64,000 nt of DNA, from positions 5,246 to 69,245 of the forward strand of contig CAWECH010000013.1 in the NCBI GenBank assembly GCA_963807565.1, read 5' to 3'. The notes beneath the pieces are model-generated. The model made no database searches and was not told where the DNA came from. It saw only the letters and a program-made list of their open reading frames with translations. The first letter of the stretch is position 1. Every line of letters starts with the position of its first letter. The translations under genes and the position numbers were made by a program. Origin of the DNA: an uncultured Alphaproteobacteria bacterium (GTDB taxonomy: Bacteria; Pseudomonadota; Alphaproteobacteria; Rhizobiales; Xanthobacteraceae). Of this stretch, positions 1 through 10,394 are shown piece after piece.

Positions 1-27
1 TATGCGGCGACTTCCGTTATACGCCGA

Positions 28-342
28 TTATTGCGCGGCGCCGCCATCCGGCTCGTTATTGATCCGCTGCTTGAGGATCGCGGACGGCTTGAACACCATG
101 ACGCGGCGCGGAGAGATCGGCACTTCCTTGCCGGTCTTGGGATTGCGGCCGATACGCTGGCCTTTCTTGCGCACGACAAAAGAGCCGAAAGACGACAGCT
201 TTACGGTTTCGCCACGCTCCAGACAGTCGGTGATTTCCTTCAGCACAAGCTCTACGAGTGTGGAGGATTCGGTGCGCGACAAGCCAACCTTTTGGTAGAC
301 CGCCTCGCACAGATCGGCACGCGTAACCGTCTTTCCCGTCAT
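28..342 (-). CDS. ihfA: Integration host factor subunit alpha
   Basis: 104-aa [26 protein letters not shown]... It has the HU/IHF beta-arm signature [23 protein letters not shown] and an alpha-subunit-like N-terminus. Confidence 0.93.
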   Translation of the reverse strand: MTGKTVTRADLCEAVYQKVGLSRTESSTLVELVLKEITDCLERGETVKLSSFGSFVVRKKGQRIGRNPKTGKEVPISPRRVMVFKPSAILKQRINNEPDGGAAQ

Positions 343-458
343 CGCCAGCCCCGAGCACGGCGATCGATCAAACGTCGATCATCATATCGTGCTGAATTAT
401 CTACAATATTCGCTTGGACCGGCAGATGTGTCAACGGGCTTTGGCGGACTTTTGGCGC

Positions 459-1436
459 TCACCAGCGAACGAGCGCAGCGCCCCAGGTGAAGCCGCCACC
501 CATCGCTTCGAGAAGCAAAAGATCGCCACGCTTGATGCGGCGGTCAGCAACCGCGTCGCAAAGCGCCAGCGGAATCGACGCCGCTGAGGTGTTGCCGTGG
601 CGATCGACCGTTACGACGACCTTGGCCGGCGCGATGCCGAGCTTGTGCGCCGAGCCGTCGATAATGCGCTTGTTGGCCTGGTGCGGAACGAACCAGTCGA
701 CGTCATCGGCGCCATAGCCGGTGGCCTTGAACGCGTCCTCGACCACGTCGGTGATCATCGCCACCGCGTGCTTGAAGACCTCGCGGCCTTCCATGCGCAG
801 ATATCCGACAGTGCCGGTCGATGACGGCCCGCCGTCGACATAGAGTTTGTGCTTGTGCCGGCCATCCGAGCGCAAATGGGTGGTGAGAACGCCGCGATCG
901 TCGCGCGTCCCGGGCTGATCCTGGGCGTCAAGCACGATCGCACCGGCGCCGTCGCCGAACAGCACGCAGGTGGTGCGATCGGTCCAGTCGAGAATGCGCG
1001 AAAACGTCTCGGCGCCGATCACCAGCGCCCGTGAAAATGACCCCGACCGCAGGAGACTATCGGCCGTCGCCAGCGCAAAGACGAAGCCGGAGCAGACCGC
1101 CTGCAGATCGAACGCCGCGCCGCGGGTGATGCCCAAGGCCGCCTGCACGGCGACAGCGGTCGCCGGAAACGTATTGTCCGGCGTCGATGTCGCCAGCACG
1201 ATCAGATCGATCGAGGCGGCATCGACCTTGGCGTGGGCGAGCGCCGCTTGCGCGGCATGAACCGCAAGGTCGGACGTCATTTCGCCCTTCGCGGCGATCC
1301 GGCGCTCGTGGATGCCGGTGCGCTGCACGATCCAGTCGTCGGAGGTGTCAACCTTCAGCGCCAGATCGCTGTTGGTGAGAACCTGGCTCGGAAGATAACT
1401 CCCGCAGCCGAGAATAACCGAGCGGCGGACGGTCAC
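459..1436 (-). CDS. fabH: 3-oxoacyl-ACP synthase III (KAS III)
   Basis: Last 325 codons of track ORF 459..2090. The GTG at 1436 overlaps the plsX stop (GTGA). Catalytic motifs are present: [11 protein letters not shown] (Cys), [10 protein letters not shown] (His), [12 protein letters not shown] (Asn). Confidence 0.92.
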   Translation of the reverse strand: MTVRRSVILGCGSYLPSQVLTNSDLALKVDTSDDWIVQRTGIHERRIAAKGEMTSDLAVHAAQAALAHAKVDAASIDLIVLATSTPDNTFPATAVAVQAALGITRGAAFDLQAVCSGFVFALATADSLLRSGSFSRALVIGAETFSRILDWTDRTTCVLFGDGAGAIVLDAQDQPGTRDDRGVLTTHLRSDGRHKHKLYVDGGPSSTGTVGYLRMEGREVFKHAVAMITDVVEDAFKATGYGADDVDWFVPHQANKRIIDGSAHKLGIAPAKVVVTVDRHGNTSAASIPLALCDAVADRRIKRGDLLLLEAMGGGFTWGAALVRW

Positions 1437-2490
1437 GACGCGGCCCCGCCGGCCGCTTGCAACACCGGCTTGCCGGGACGGCCAAGCGCCGCGGTGATCT
1501 TGGCCAAAAGCTCGTCGCGCACCACGCCATGGCCAAGCTCGACGGCAGCGGCAAAGCCCTCGGCATCGGCACCGCCGTGGCTTTTGATGACGATGCCGTT
1601 GAGGCCGAGAAAGACGCCGCCGTTGGCGCTGTCGCGGATCCATCTTTTCCCGCAGCTGCGCAAATGCCGGACGGGCGAACAGGTAGCCGATCTTGGCACG
1701 CAACGAGTTGCTCATGGCGCCGCGGAGATATTCGCCGATCTGCCGCGCCGTGCCCTCGGCGGTTTTCAGCGCGATATTGCCGGCAAAGCCCTCTGTCACC
1801 ACGACATCGACCGTGCCCTTGCCGATATCATCACCCTCGACGAAACCGGCGTAATCCATGCCCGGCAACTGGTCGTCGCGCAGCATCTGACCGGCTTCGC
1901 GCACCTGTTCGAGGCCTTTTGCTTCCTCGACACCGATGTTGAGCAGGCCGACGCGGGGCCTATCGATGCCAAACAGGATGCGCGCGGTGGCCGCACCCAT
2001 CACCGCCAGATCGACCAGATGCTCGGCCTCGGCACCGATCGACGCGCCGACATCGAGCACAATGGATTCACCGCGCAGCGTGGGCCACAAGCGCCGCGAT
2101 CGCCGGCCGGTCGATTCCCGGCAGCATCTTCAGATTGAACCTCGCCATCGCCATCAGCGCGCCGGTATTGCCGGCCGACACGATCATGTCGGCGTCGCCC
2201 TTCTTCACCGCGTCGATCGCAAGCCACATCGAGGATTTCCAGCGGCCATAGCGCAACGCCTGGCTCGGCTTGTCCTCCATCTTGATCGCGACTTCGGTGT
2301 GCACAATGCGCGACGCCGCCTTGAGCGCCGGCCGCGCGTCAAGCAGCGGCGCGATCTGCGCCGCATTGCCAAAAAATGCGAACGTGGATTCGGGATGGCG
2401 CGACAGCGCCACGGCGGCGCCGGCTACGACAACACTGGGGCCGTGGTCTCCCCCCATCGCATCAAGCGCAATGCGGACCTTATCTGGCAT
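1433..2490 (-). pseudogene. plsX: Phosphate acyltransferase PlsX, reading frame broken twice (probably assembly indels rather than a true pseudogene)
   Basis: The PlsX sequence is continuous across three frames. Piece 1, 2490 to ~2090: [18 protein letters not shown]...[11 protein letters not shown]. Piece 2, ~2088 to ~1640: [15 protein letters not shown]...[12 protein letters not shown]...LREKMDPR. Piece 3, ~1635 to 1433: [24 protein letters not shown]. The span is 1058 nt (remainder 2 mod 3). The first break is an extra base in the run at 2089-2090. Confidence 0.88.
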
Positions 2491-2582
2491 TCAATGACCT
2501 TGCGGTCCTTTTGTCTTGTGTCTGTGGGGGTTTGCTGGCGCGGCCGCGAGAATAGCGGTTCGGTGCCCTGACACAACCGGGG

Positions 2583-3161
2583 TTAGTGCCCATTGCGCTC
2601 CTTACCCACCAGTCCGGCAAGCGCGGCAAACGGACCGGGCTCCGGCTTAAGGTCCTCTGGCGGCTGGAAAACCGCCCCTTCCTTCCGCGGATAGGGATCA
2701 AGCCCCAAAATCAGGAATTCGATCGCCAGCGCTCCCAGATCGACCGCCCCATCAACCAGTGCTTCGGGGCCATCGAGGTTACGGCGCACGCGCTTCGCGG
2801 CGCTCTCATCGTCATCGTGGGACGCCTGCTGCTCGACCATCGGCGATGGCGGGGCGAAGACCAGGTCGACGTTTTCCTCCACCTCACTGTTCAGGGGTTC
2901 AAGCGTTACCACGCAGTTCTGGCCGACCGTCGCTGAAATCTTGCCGACGACATGCAGCGCTTCGCTACCGCGCCGCGTTACATCGAACGTCGCCGAGAGC
3001 CGCGGCAAATCCCGCAAGCTGGCAACTTTGGCGACAGCGGCGCGCGTTTCGGCATCCGCTGTAAAATTGAAGTGCCGGGCGTTTTCCTCCGGAACGTCCT
3101 CAACGGTAACCGGAAAGCTCCACGGCATGACAACGTGCTTGTCTGATTTCTTTTCGCCCAT
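2583..3161 (-). CDS. YceD/DUF177 family protein (large-subunit rRNA accumulation protein-like)
   Basis: 192-aa acidic ORF sitting directly upstream of plsX, as in most bacteria. The C-terminal ...DLGALAIEFLILGLDPYPRKEGA... is typical of DUF177. Confidence 0.8.
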   Translation of the reverse strand: MGEKKSDKHVVMPWSFPVTVEDVPEENARHFNFTADAETRAAVAKVASLRDLPRLSATFDVTRRGSEALHVVGKISATVGQNCVVTLEPLNSEVEENVDLVFAPPSPMVEQQASHDDDESAAKRVRRNLDGPEALVDGAVDLGALAIEFLILGLDPYPRKEGAVFQPPEDLKPEPGPFAALAGLVGKERNGH

Positions 3162-3162
3162 T

Positions 3163-3708
3163 CTACAGGTCTCTCGGCGCCGGAAATTCGAGCGCGCCGC
3201 GGTTCAAGGCCTCGTCGGCCTGGGCATCGAGCCCGCGTACGACGGCACGCACATAATCCGCCAGCCGACCCGCATTCCCGCTCGCGTCACCGGCAAAGAT
3301 ATTGCGCGCCAGCGCGTTCTCAATGGCCCGAGGTTCCGCCGACGTAATCGCCTCAAGATAAGCCGCCTGACGGCCGTAAAATGCCCCGGCAAACTTCTGC
3401 ATCCGCTTCGGCACGGCCAGGTCGCCGACGCCCATCTCCCGCAAGTTGGCATCGAGGTCCCGGCAAAACGCGCCGAATACCTCTTGTCCAAGTTCTTGGC
3501 CGAGGCTCCGCCGCAACTCCGACTCCTGCCCCAGCCGGCGCAATAGCAGCACCAGGTGGAGTACCAGAAGGTCGAATCGACCCTCCACCGTGTCTGCCAC
3601 GCCGAAATCCGCGTAGAACGCCGGCAATCGCGCCTGCGCCACGACGGCGCCATAAAGGGTGGCGACAATATGGGCTTGGGATCGGCGACGAAACCCCGCT
3701 AGTATCAT
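3163..3708 (-). CDS. Ubiquinol-cytochrome c chaperone (Cbp3-like) family protein
   Basis: Last 181 codons of track ORF 3163..4302, starting at MILAGFRRRSQ. Shows ...RFDLLVLHLVLLLRRL...DLDANLREMGVGDLAVPKRMQKFAGAFYGR.... The longer ORF would run antisense through bamE. Confidence 0.75.
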   Translation of the reverse strand: MILAGFRRRSQAHIVATLYGAVVAQARLPAFYADFGVADTVEGRFDLLVLHLVLLLRRLGQESELRRSLGQELGQEVFGAFCRDLDANLREMGVGDLAVPKRMQKFAGAFYGRQAAYLEAITSAEPRAIENALARNIFAGDASGNAGRLADYVRAVVRGLDAQADEALNRGALEFPAPRDL

Positions 3709-3798
3709 GGGGATAGACCGGTTCCTTAACACGCGCGGATGCAGGCCGATTGCCAATCGCGGGGTTTCGGCGTACGGCACGCGGCGTTTCTGCGCAAG

Positions 3799-4281
3799 AT
3801 GGGCTGTTCGATAGTGCGGGGCATCTCGAAGCAAAGTGCCTGGAAGCGGCGGGCGACGGTTTCCGTCGCAGCGGTTTCGCTTGCGTTTCTGCTGAGCGGC
3901 TGTCTCGGACTCAACGAAACCTTCCAGCGCGGTTATGTGCTGCCCGACAACGCGCTTGAGCAAATCCCGCTCGGCGCTTCGCAGGAACAGGTGCTGCTCG
4001 TTCTCGGCACGCCCTCGACCGTGGCGACCGTCAGCGGCGAAGCGTTCTATTACATCTCGCAGCGCGCTGATCGCCCAGCCTCCTTCATGCAGACCACCAT
4101 CACTGATCAGCGCGTCGTGGCGGTTTATTTCGACCGGAACCGGAGAGTTCAGCGGCTCGCCGAATACGGCATGAAAGACGGGAAGCTGTTCGACTTCATC
4201 AGCCGCACGACGCCGACCAGCGGCACCGAAAACACCTTCATCGGCTACATCTTCCGCACGATCCAGAATAAGGGATCGTAG
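3799..4281 (+). CDS. bamE: Outer membrane protein assembly factor BamE (SmpA/OmlA lipoprotein)
   Basis: Start taken at ATG 3799 (MGCSIVRG...). Signal peptide with lipobox LLSGC. SmpA/OmlA-like core: GYVLPDNALEQIPLGASQEQVLLVLGTPS...FYYISQ. Confidence 0.8.
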   Translation: MGCSIVRGISKQSAWKRRATVSVAAVSLAFLLSGCLGLNETFQRGYVLPDNALEQIPLGASQEQVLLVLGTPSTVATVSGEAFYYISQRADRPASFMQTTITDQRVVAVYFDRNRRVQRLAEYGMKDGKLFDFISRTTPTSGTENTFIGYIFRTIQNKGS

Positions 4282-4349
4282 GTTCAAAAGCTCCTCCGCC
4301 ATTGTCGGATGGCCGCGTTTGTGACGGGCATCCGATCCTTAGACTCAGT

Positions 4350-4387
4350 ACCTAGAAAACGAGATGGCCGGGACAAAGCCCGGCCAT
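4350..4387 (-). terminator. Putative intrinsic terminator downstream of hppA
   Basis: 9-bp GC-rich stem ATGGCCGGG/CCCGGCCAT (4364-4372 / 4379-4387). On the minus strand it is followed by CUCGUUUUCU. Confidence 0.5.
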
Positions 4388-4417
4388 GACGCATTAGTGT
4401 AAGTCCGTCGCCCGTAC

Positions 4418-6545
<2,128 letters not shown>

Positions 6546-6700
6546 TGTATCGACCCCGGTTGTCGCTAAAGGGGCCAAACAGAACGCCGGCCCGTGAGAA
6601 AGATGCCCGGCACGCGCAAACGCGCATTTGGGGCGGAATTTGTCGCGGGAATAACCCGAAACCCCCTCGCCATGCAACGGCGGGGCCCCTTTTATCCCCC

Positions 6701-7198
6701 TCACCGCTGAAGTTTTCCTGCTGGGCGCAGTTGAATGATGCTGCCAACCGTGGGGGCCAAAGTCGCCTCGCCGCCACGGACCTGAGCCCGAGATGTCCCG
6801 GGCCCGGCTGTCGGCCGCCAAGGCGGATTCGCCGGCGCGTCCCAAGGGCCGTCCATCCCTGCAGTCCAGAAGGCGCGCTCTGAAGTGTTCTTGCGAGTCT
6901 TGCGCCCCTGCCCACGCAGGCCGATGAGATCTTTCAGCCGTGACAGCTCCCGGCGCAGCGACGGCGTCGAATTGGACCGCGCGCGTTGCCAGAGACCGCG
7001 TTGGCATCCGGCCGAGTTGTCCGCGCAGCAAGTGCGATGCCGCTGGCATTGTTTGCTGGCGCAGAGCCGGTGACACGCGAGCAACTCGCACTCCGCGCGA
7101 AGGATCATATCGCGGCGGCCGATATCCGGCAGCGCGATCCAATCTTCGAGCGTCAACCGTCCGGGAAAGCTGCGATTGGTCGAACGTTTGTTTTTCAT
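6701..7198 (-). CDS. Hypothetical Cys-rich protein (extent uncertain)
   Basis: 165-codon [69 protein letters not shown].... The first ~100 codons have clearly better GC3 than the antisense ORF. The C-terminal third looks non-coding. I recognised no family. Confidence 0.3.
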   Translation of the reverse strand: MKNKRSTNRSFPGRLTLEDWIALPDIGRRDMILRAECELLACHRLCASKQCQRHRTCCADNSAGCQRGLWQRARSNSTPSLRRELSRLKDLIGLRGQGRKTRKNTSERAFWTAGMDGPWDAPANPPWRPTAGPGTSRAQVRGGEATLAPTVGSIIQLRPAGKLQR

Positions 7199-7346
7199 CT
7201 TGCTGACGCCTTTTCTGTTGTGTCACCGCGAGGAGCGTTGATGAATCAACCCAGGGGCCGCTGGCACAAACGCTGATTTGCTTCGCATAGCCCGTCGATG
7301 ACGGGCGTAAACGCCCTGATGGCTCGCAATGACGCGTTCCACCGTT

Positions 7347-7377
7347 CCCGCGATGCATCAGCATCCGGGTTTTTGTT
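7347..7377 (+). terminator. Hairpin + U-tract (intrinsic terminator-like), plus strand
   Basis: CCCGCGATGC-atca-GCATCCGGG (one bulged C) followed by TTTTTGTT. Confidence 0.45.
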
Positions 7378-7395
7378 CAAACGGTACGAAACCTC

Positions 7396-7428
7396 GCCCC
7401 GAAAGCACGCGGGGCATTTCATTTTTTG
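7396..7428 (+). terminator. Hairpin + U-tract (intrinsic terminator-like), plus strand
   Basis: GCCCCG-aaagcacg-CGGGGC followed by ATTTCATTTTTTG. Confidence 0.55.
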
Positions 7429-7967
7429 CTCCCCCCGATAAGCGAGGGAAGCGGAGCACCGAACGGTGCGGTGGACTCCACCTGTTACCAGGCAAGTCCG
7501 GTAGAGAACTGCACCCGTTACCGGGAACAGCCGCGGTCCTCATGACAAGGGCCGCTCACCTTTCGGTGCTCCACGATCGGATTGATGGAAGTTGCCTTCC
7601 ACCCCGGCCCGGGCCAGCGCTTCCTGGAATCACCGGATGCAAACGGCAATGGGCTTTCCGCCCACCACCTCTCCAGCGCCAGTGCAGCGAGCACCTCGCA
7701 GTCCGAACACGTGCCGGACGGGCATGATGCCCAGGCCGTCTGCGAACAGAAGTGACGAGCCTCCATCCACAGAACCCGCGCCCGCTCCGTCAGTCCGTCG
7801 TCCGCGGTGACGTCCCTCACGATGAGCGAGTGCAACTCAGGTAATTAATCCTAGATCAAATGTCAATGGTATAGAGACTATTATCATAGAGGTGGAGACG
7901 ATAAAATTGCCCACGTCGGCGGCGTCCCACGCTATAGTTGCCGACAAGTCAGGCAGGAACGCGCGTC

Positions 7968-8195
7968 ATGAAGTTCTTAGCAATATCGGCGTGTGCGCTC
8001 GTATTGTTCACAGGCATTGCCCATGCCGAGGATGCGGAATCCGCCGCTGCCAAAGCGCGGCAGGAAGAGAAAAACAAGAAAGAGCTGGATGCAGCCTACA
8101 AAGCGGCATCAGAAATCAAGAAGGCCCCCGCTACCCGCGCTGACCCGTGGGGTGCAGTCCGGCCCGCCAATAGCTCTGGCACATCGCCGAAATAG
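7968..8195 (+). CDS. Small secreted hypothetical protein (Lys/Glu/Ala-rich)
   Basis: MKFLAISACALVLFTGIAHA|EDAES... has a clear Sec signal peptide with an AHA-E cleavage site. The mature part is ~55 aa and charged. Start taken at the internal ATG of track ORF 7938..8195. Confidence 0.45.
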   Translation: MKFLAISACALVLFTGIAHAEDAESAAAKARQEEKNKKELDAAYKAASEIKKAPATRADPWGAVRPANSSGTSPK

Positions 8196-8391
8196 TCGCT
8201 CACGGTTCGGCCCAAAGCCGGCTGCCGCCAAACGTTCCTCAGCCTCCAAATATTCGCGGATCTTCCGGAACGTATCCGCTCTGCCTCGATTGAGTACACT
8301 GACCGGGTAGTTTCGCCGCACGACCTGAACCCGGTGGCAAAGCTCCGCGCGACACCCAGCCCCCCAGCCCCGGTCGCGCGGAGCCTTTTTA

Positions 8392-8589
8392 TTGGCAAAC
8401 ACACGCTTGCTTGGCGATGGTCCAACCGATGACGATCTGCGGGATCCCGGCTACTGGCAGCGCCGTGCGCAAGAGACTCGGGAAAAGGCGAACGGCATGA
8501 CCGCATCCGAACTAAAAGAACGCATGCAGGAAATCGCGGTCGAATACGACCGGCTGGCAGAGTTTGCGGAGCGCCGAAAAAATCGCTGA
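8392..8589 (+). CDS. Small hypothetical protein
   Basis: 65-codon ORF with coding-like codon use. ...DPGYWQRRAQETREKANGMTASELKERMQEIAVEYDRLAEFAERR resembles small helical proteins that I recall as common in rhizobial genomes (recollection only, not checked). Confidence 0.45.
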   Translation: MANTRLLGDGPTDDDLRDPGYWQRRAQETREKANGMTASELKERMQEIAVEYDRLAEFAERRKNR

Positions 8590-8808
8590 ATCCCTTTATA
8601 ATCAGCATATTCTGGCATCCTAGCCCAACAAATACCAAACTCTCTCAAGTGGGCCCTAGCCCGTATTTCTGACATTGCTGCAATGCAGCAATGAATGTTG
8701 CCGCGCGATGATTCTTCGATCAGAAGACGCGCACACAAACACCAACAACTCCCTTTCGGGCCCGGCGGTCTCCGCTCGCCGAGGGCTTTTACATGGGACG
8801 GAACGCAG

Positions 8809-9030
8809 ATGGTTTTTTCCTGCGAGGACAATAACGCGCCGACGAAGCTCGCCTTCGATCCGACGCCAATACCGACAGACCGGACCTGGGGCTTTCGCTT
8901 TACGCTCCAGGACGGCACGACGGATGTCGTCAGCGGCTTCGGCAATGAAGCGGAAGCCCGCGCCTGGCTCGCCAGCAATCTCTGCGATCAATGGCTCAAA
9001 TCGCACGGCTACGTGTGCGACAGGAACTAA
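8809..9030 (+). CDS. Small hypothetical protein
   Basis: Good GC3 begins at MVFSCEDNNAPTKLAFDPTPIPTDRTWGFRFTLQDGTTDVVSGFGNEAEARAWL.... The upstream part of track ORF 8695..9030 looks non-coding, so the start is uncertain. Confidence 0.4.
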   Translation: MVFSCEDNNAPTKLAFDPTPIPTDRTWGFRFTLQDGTTDVVSGFGNEAEARAWLASNLCDQWLKSHGYVCDRN

Positions 9031-9365
9031 GGACGCCTCTCGGGTTCATGACGCCGGAGGGCCGATCAGACTCGATCGATTGTCGTGCGCGACGGGTTCG
9101 GATTTTCTCGCGACTCCGGCGCTGCTGATCGCCTCAGACGTTTTGATCCTCTTGTTTCACACTTCCTGACGGATAGCGCGCTCTGACAGCCAGCGTTCCG
9201 GGGCTTGCGGCTGGCCTGCCCGGCCGTCCCATCGCGGCTAAGCCGCTGTCACCGATCGCCGTTACAAATAACACGGTCTCGGCTTTTCACGCGTGCGCCA
9301 TTACAGTCTGCCAAGACAACTTTCCAATCCACCAAGTCGGGAAGTTGCAACAGGGGGCAGTCATC

Positions 9366-10280
9366 ATGAGCAAAATCTCTTCCATAGTCCTGTGCGCCGT
9401 CACATTCTTTTCAGTGCTCGCATCGTCGGCGCAAGCCCAGGTGCCCCGCGCCGTCGTCTCAGGCGGCAACAATGCCATCGACGCTAATCCCTGCACTTAC
9501 TCTGCACCCTGCGCCTCCCTCTCAGTTGCCATCGCAGCGTTGCCCGCCAGCGGCGGTGTGGTCGATGTGCTCGGTCCCGGTTTCTACGGGCCGGTCACCA
9601 TTGCGAAGCCGATAACCTTGCTTGGTCACGGATGGGCCGCGATATCCGCAGATTCCGGCGGAGCCGCCATTACGGTCACGGCAAGCCCGGTGACCATCAG
9701 CGGTGTGCAACTTGACGGCGGCGGTTCCGGTGGAAGCGGTATCGCGTTTACCGGCGCTGGACAGCTGACCGTTTTGGACAGCGTCGCAACTCATTTCACC
9801 AGCGACGGCATCAGCGTCGCGCCGCCCGCGTCGGCCGCCAGCTATCTCACGTTACGGAACGTCGTGGTCACGAACAACGCCGCCAACGGTATCGGCATCC
9901 ATGCTCAAACATCGAACATTACCGTTTCCGGAGAGAACGTGACCGCCAGTGGAAACGACACGGGCGTTCACGTGCAGAGCGGCCCATACGGGGCGTTTGG
10001 CACAACGTTCGATCATCTCGTTGCAAACGAAAACAGGTATGGATTTCACCTGGACGGCCCTGGGAACGGTAACAATTACTTGCGCAATTCGACGTTGATA
10101 TTCAATTCCACAGGGGACGTCCTTCAGGAGTCGTCAGCAAACGGATACATTTCCATCCAAAACCACAGCGACATTGGCACGATCGTCGTTCAGAACACTG
10201 CAAATCCAACGATCTGGTCGGACGGTTCGAATAATATTTCGCAGATCCCCAGTAACATGCAGACCGTCGGCACTCGTTAG
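9366..10280 (+). CDS. Secreted right-handed parallel beta-helix repeat protein (pectin-lyase-fold-like)
   Basis: SD CAGGGGG upstream of ATG 9366. Signal peptide MSKISSIVLCAVTFFSVLASSAQA|Q. Repeated ~22-25 aa units rich in G/N/T/V (ITVTASPVTISGVQLDGGG, LRNVVVTNNAANGIGIHA, ITVSGENVTASGNDTGVHV). GC3 is lower than in the core genes. Confidence 0.7.
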   Translation: MSKISSIVLCAVTFFSVLASSAQAQVPRAVVSGGNNAIDANPCTYSAPCASLSVAIAALPASGGVVDVLGPGFYGPVTIAKPITLLGHGWAAISADSGGAAITVTASPVTISGVQLDGGGSGGSGIAFTGAGQLTVLDSVATHFTSDGISVAPPASAASYLTLRNVVVTNNAANGIGIHAQTSNITVSGENVTASGNDTGVHVQSGPYGAFGTTFDHLVANENRYGFHLDGPGNGNNYLRNSTLIFNSTGDVLQESSANGYISIQNHSDIGTIVVQNTANPTIWSDGSNNISQIPSNMQTVGTR

Positions 10281-10394
10281 ACGACGCGCGTCCCGAAAAC
10301 ACGCCGCCGCGAAAAGCGGCATTGGACGCCCGCTGGCAAAATCGATATCGAAGCGACTGTAGAGACGAAAATGTCAATTTCTGAGAACGAGTGA

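Noticed and set aside
459-2090. Single 543-aa ORF in the track spanning plsX and fabH
   Set aside because: It is a read-through artefact. The C-terminal 325 aa are FabH with its own GTG start. The N-terminal 150 aa are the middle of PlsX. The Arg-rich linker between them is out-of-frame plsX sequence.
2491-2582. Expected rpmF (L32) between yceD and plsX
   Set aside because: Only 92 nt are available and no L32-like ORF exists in any frame. The gene is presumably elsewhere, as I believe is common in Alphaproteobacteria.
3163-4302. 379-aa ORF upstream extension of the Cbp3-like gene
   Set aside because: The extension runs antisense through the well-supported bamE gene. The conserved domain begins at the internal Met (3708).
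7262-7285. TGGCAC…TTGC sigma-54-like promoter on the + strand
   Set aside because: The spacing between TGGCAC and TTGC is 10 nt instead of 5, so the GG/GC registers do not fit.
7453-7572. Assignment of the structured element to a known family (cobalamin or glycine riboswitch, SRP RNA, RNase P fragment, retron msr/msd)
   Set aside because: Partial look-alikes occur (GGGAAGC, CACCGAA, CAGGCAAGTCCGG). However, the diagnostic cores as I recall them are absent (a proper B12 box, the glycine GGAGAG…CTCAGGCAA pairings, the SRP GGAA tetraloop with AGCA loop). No reverse transcriptase gene is nearby for a retron.
8109-8402. 97-codon - strand ORF (…RGRADTFRKIREYLEAEERLAAAGF…) hinting at a toxin-antitoxin-like small gene
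   Set aside because: It overlaps the better-supported secreted-protein ORF 7968..8195 by 87 nt. It has mediocre codon usage and I could recognise no family motif. It might deserve a second look after indel correction.
8674-8692. 19-bp palindrome ATTGCTGCA-A-TGCAGCAAT upstream of the 8809 ORF
   Set aside because: It is real in the sequence. Allowing for variable spacers, though, a 9-bp-arm inverted repeat is expected about once or more per window. There is no adjacent regulator and I recognised no known operator consensus.
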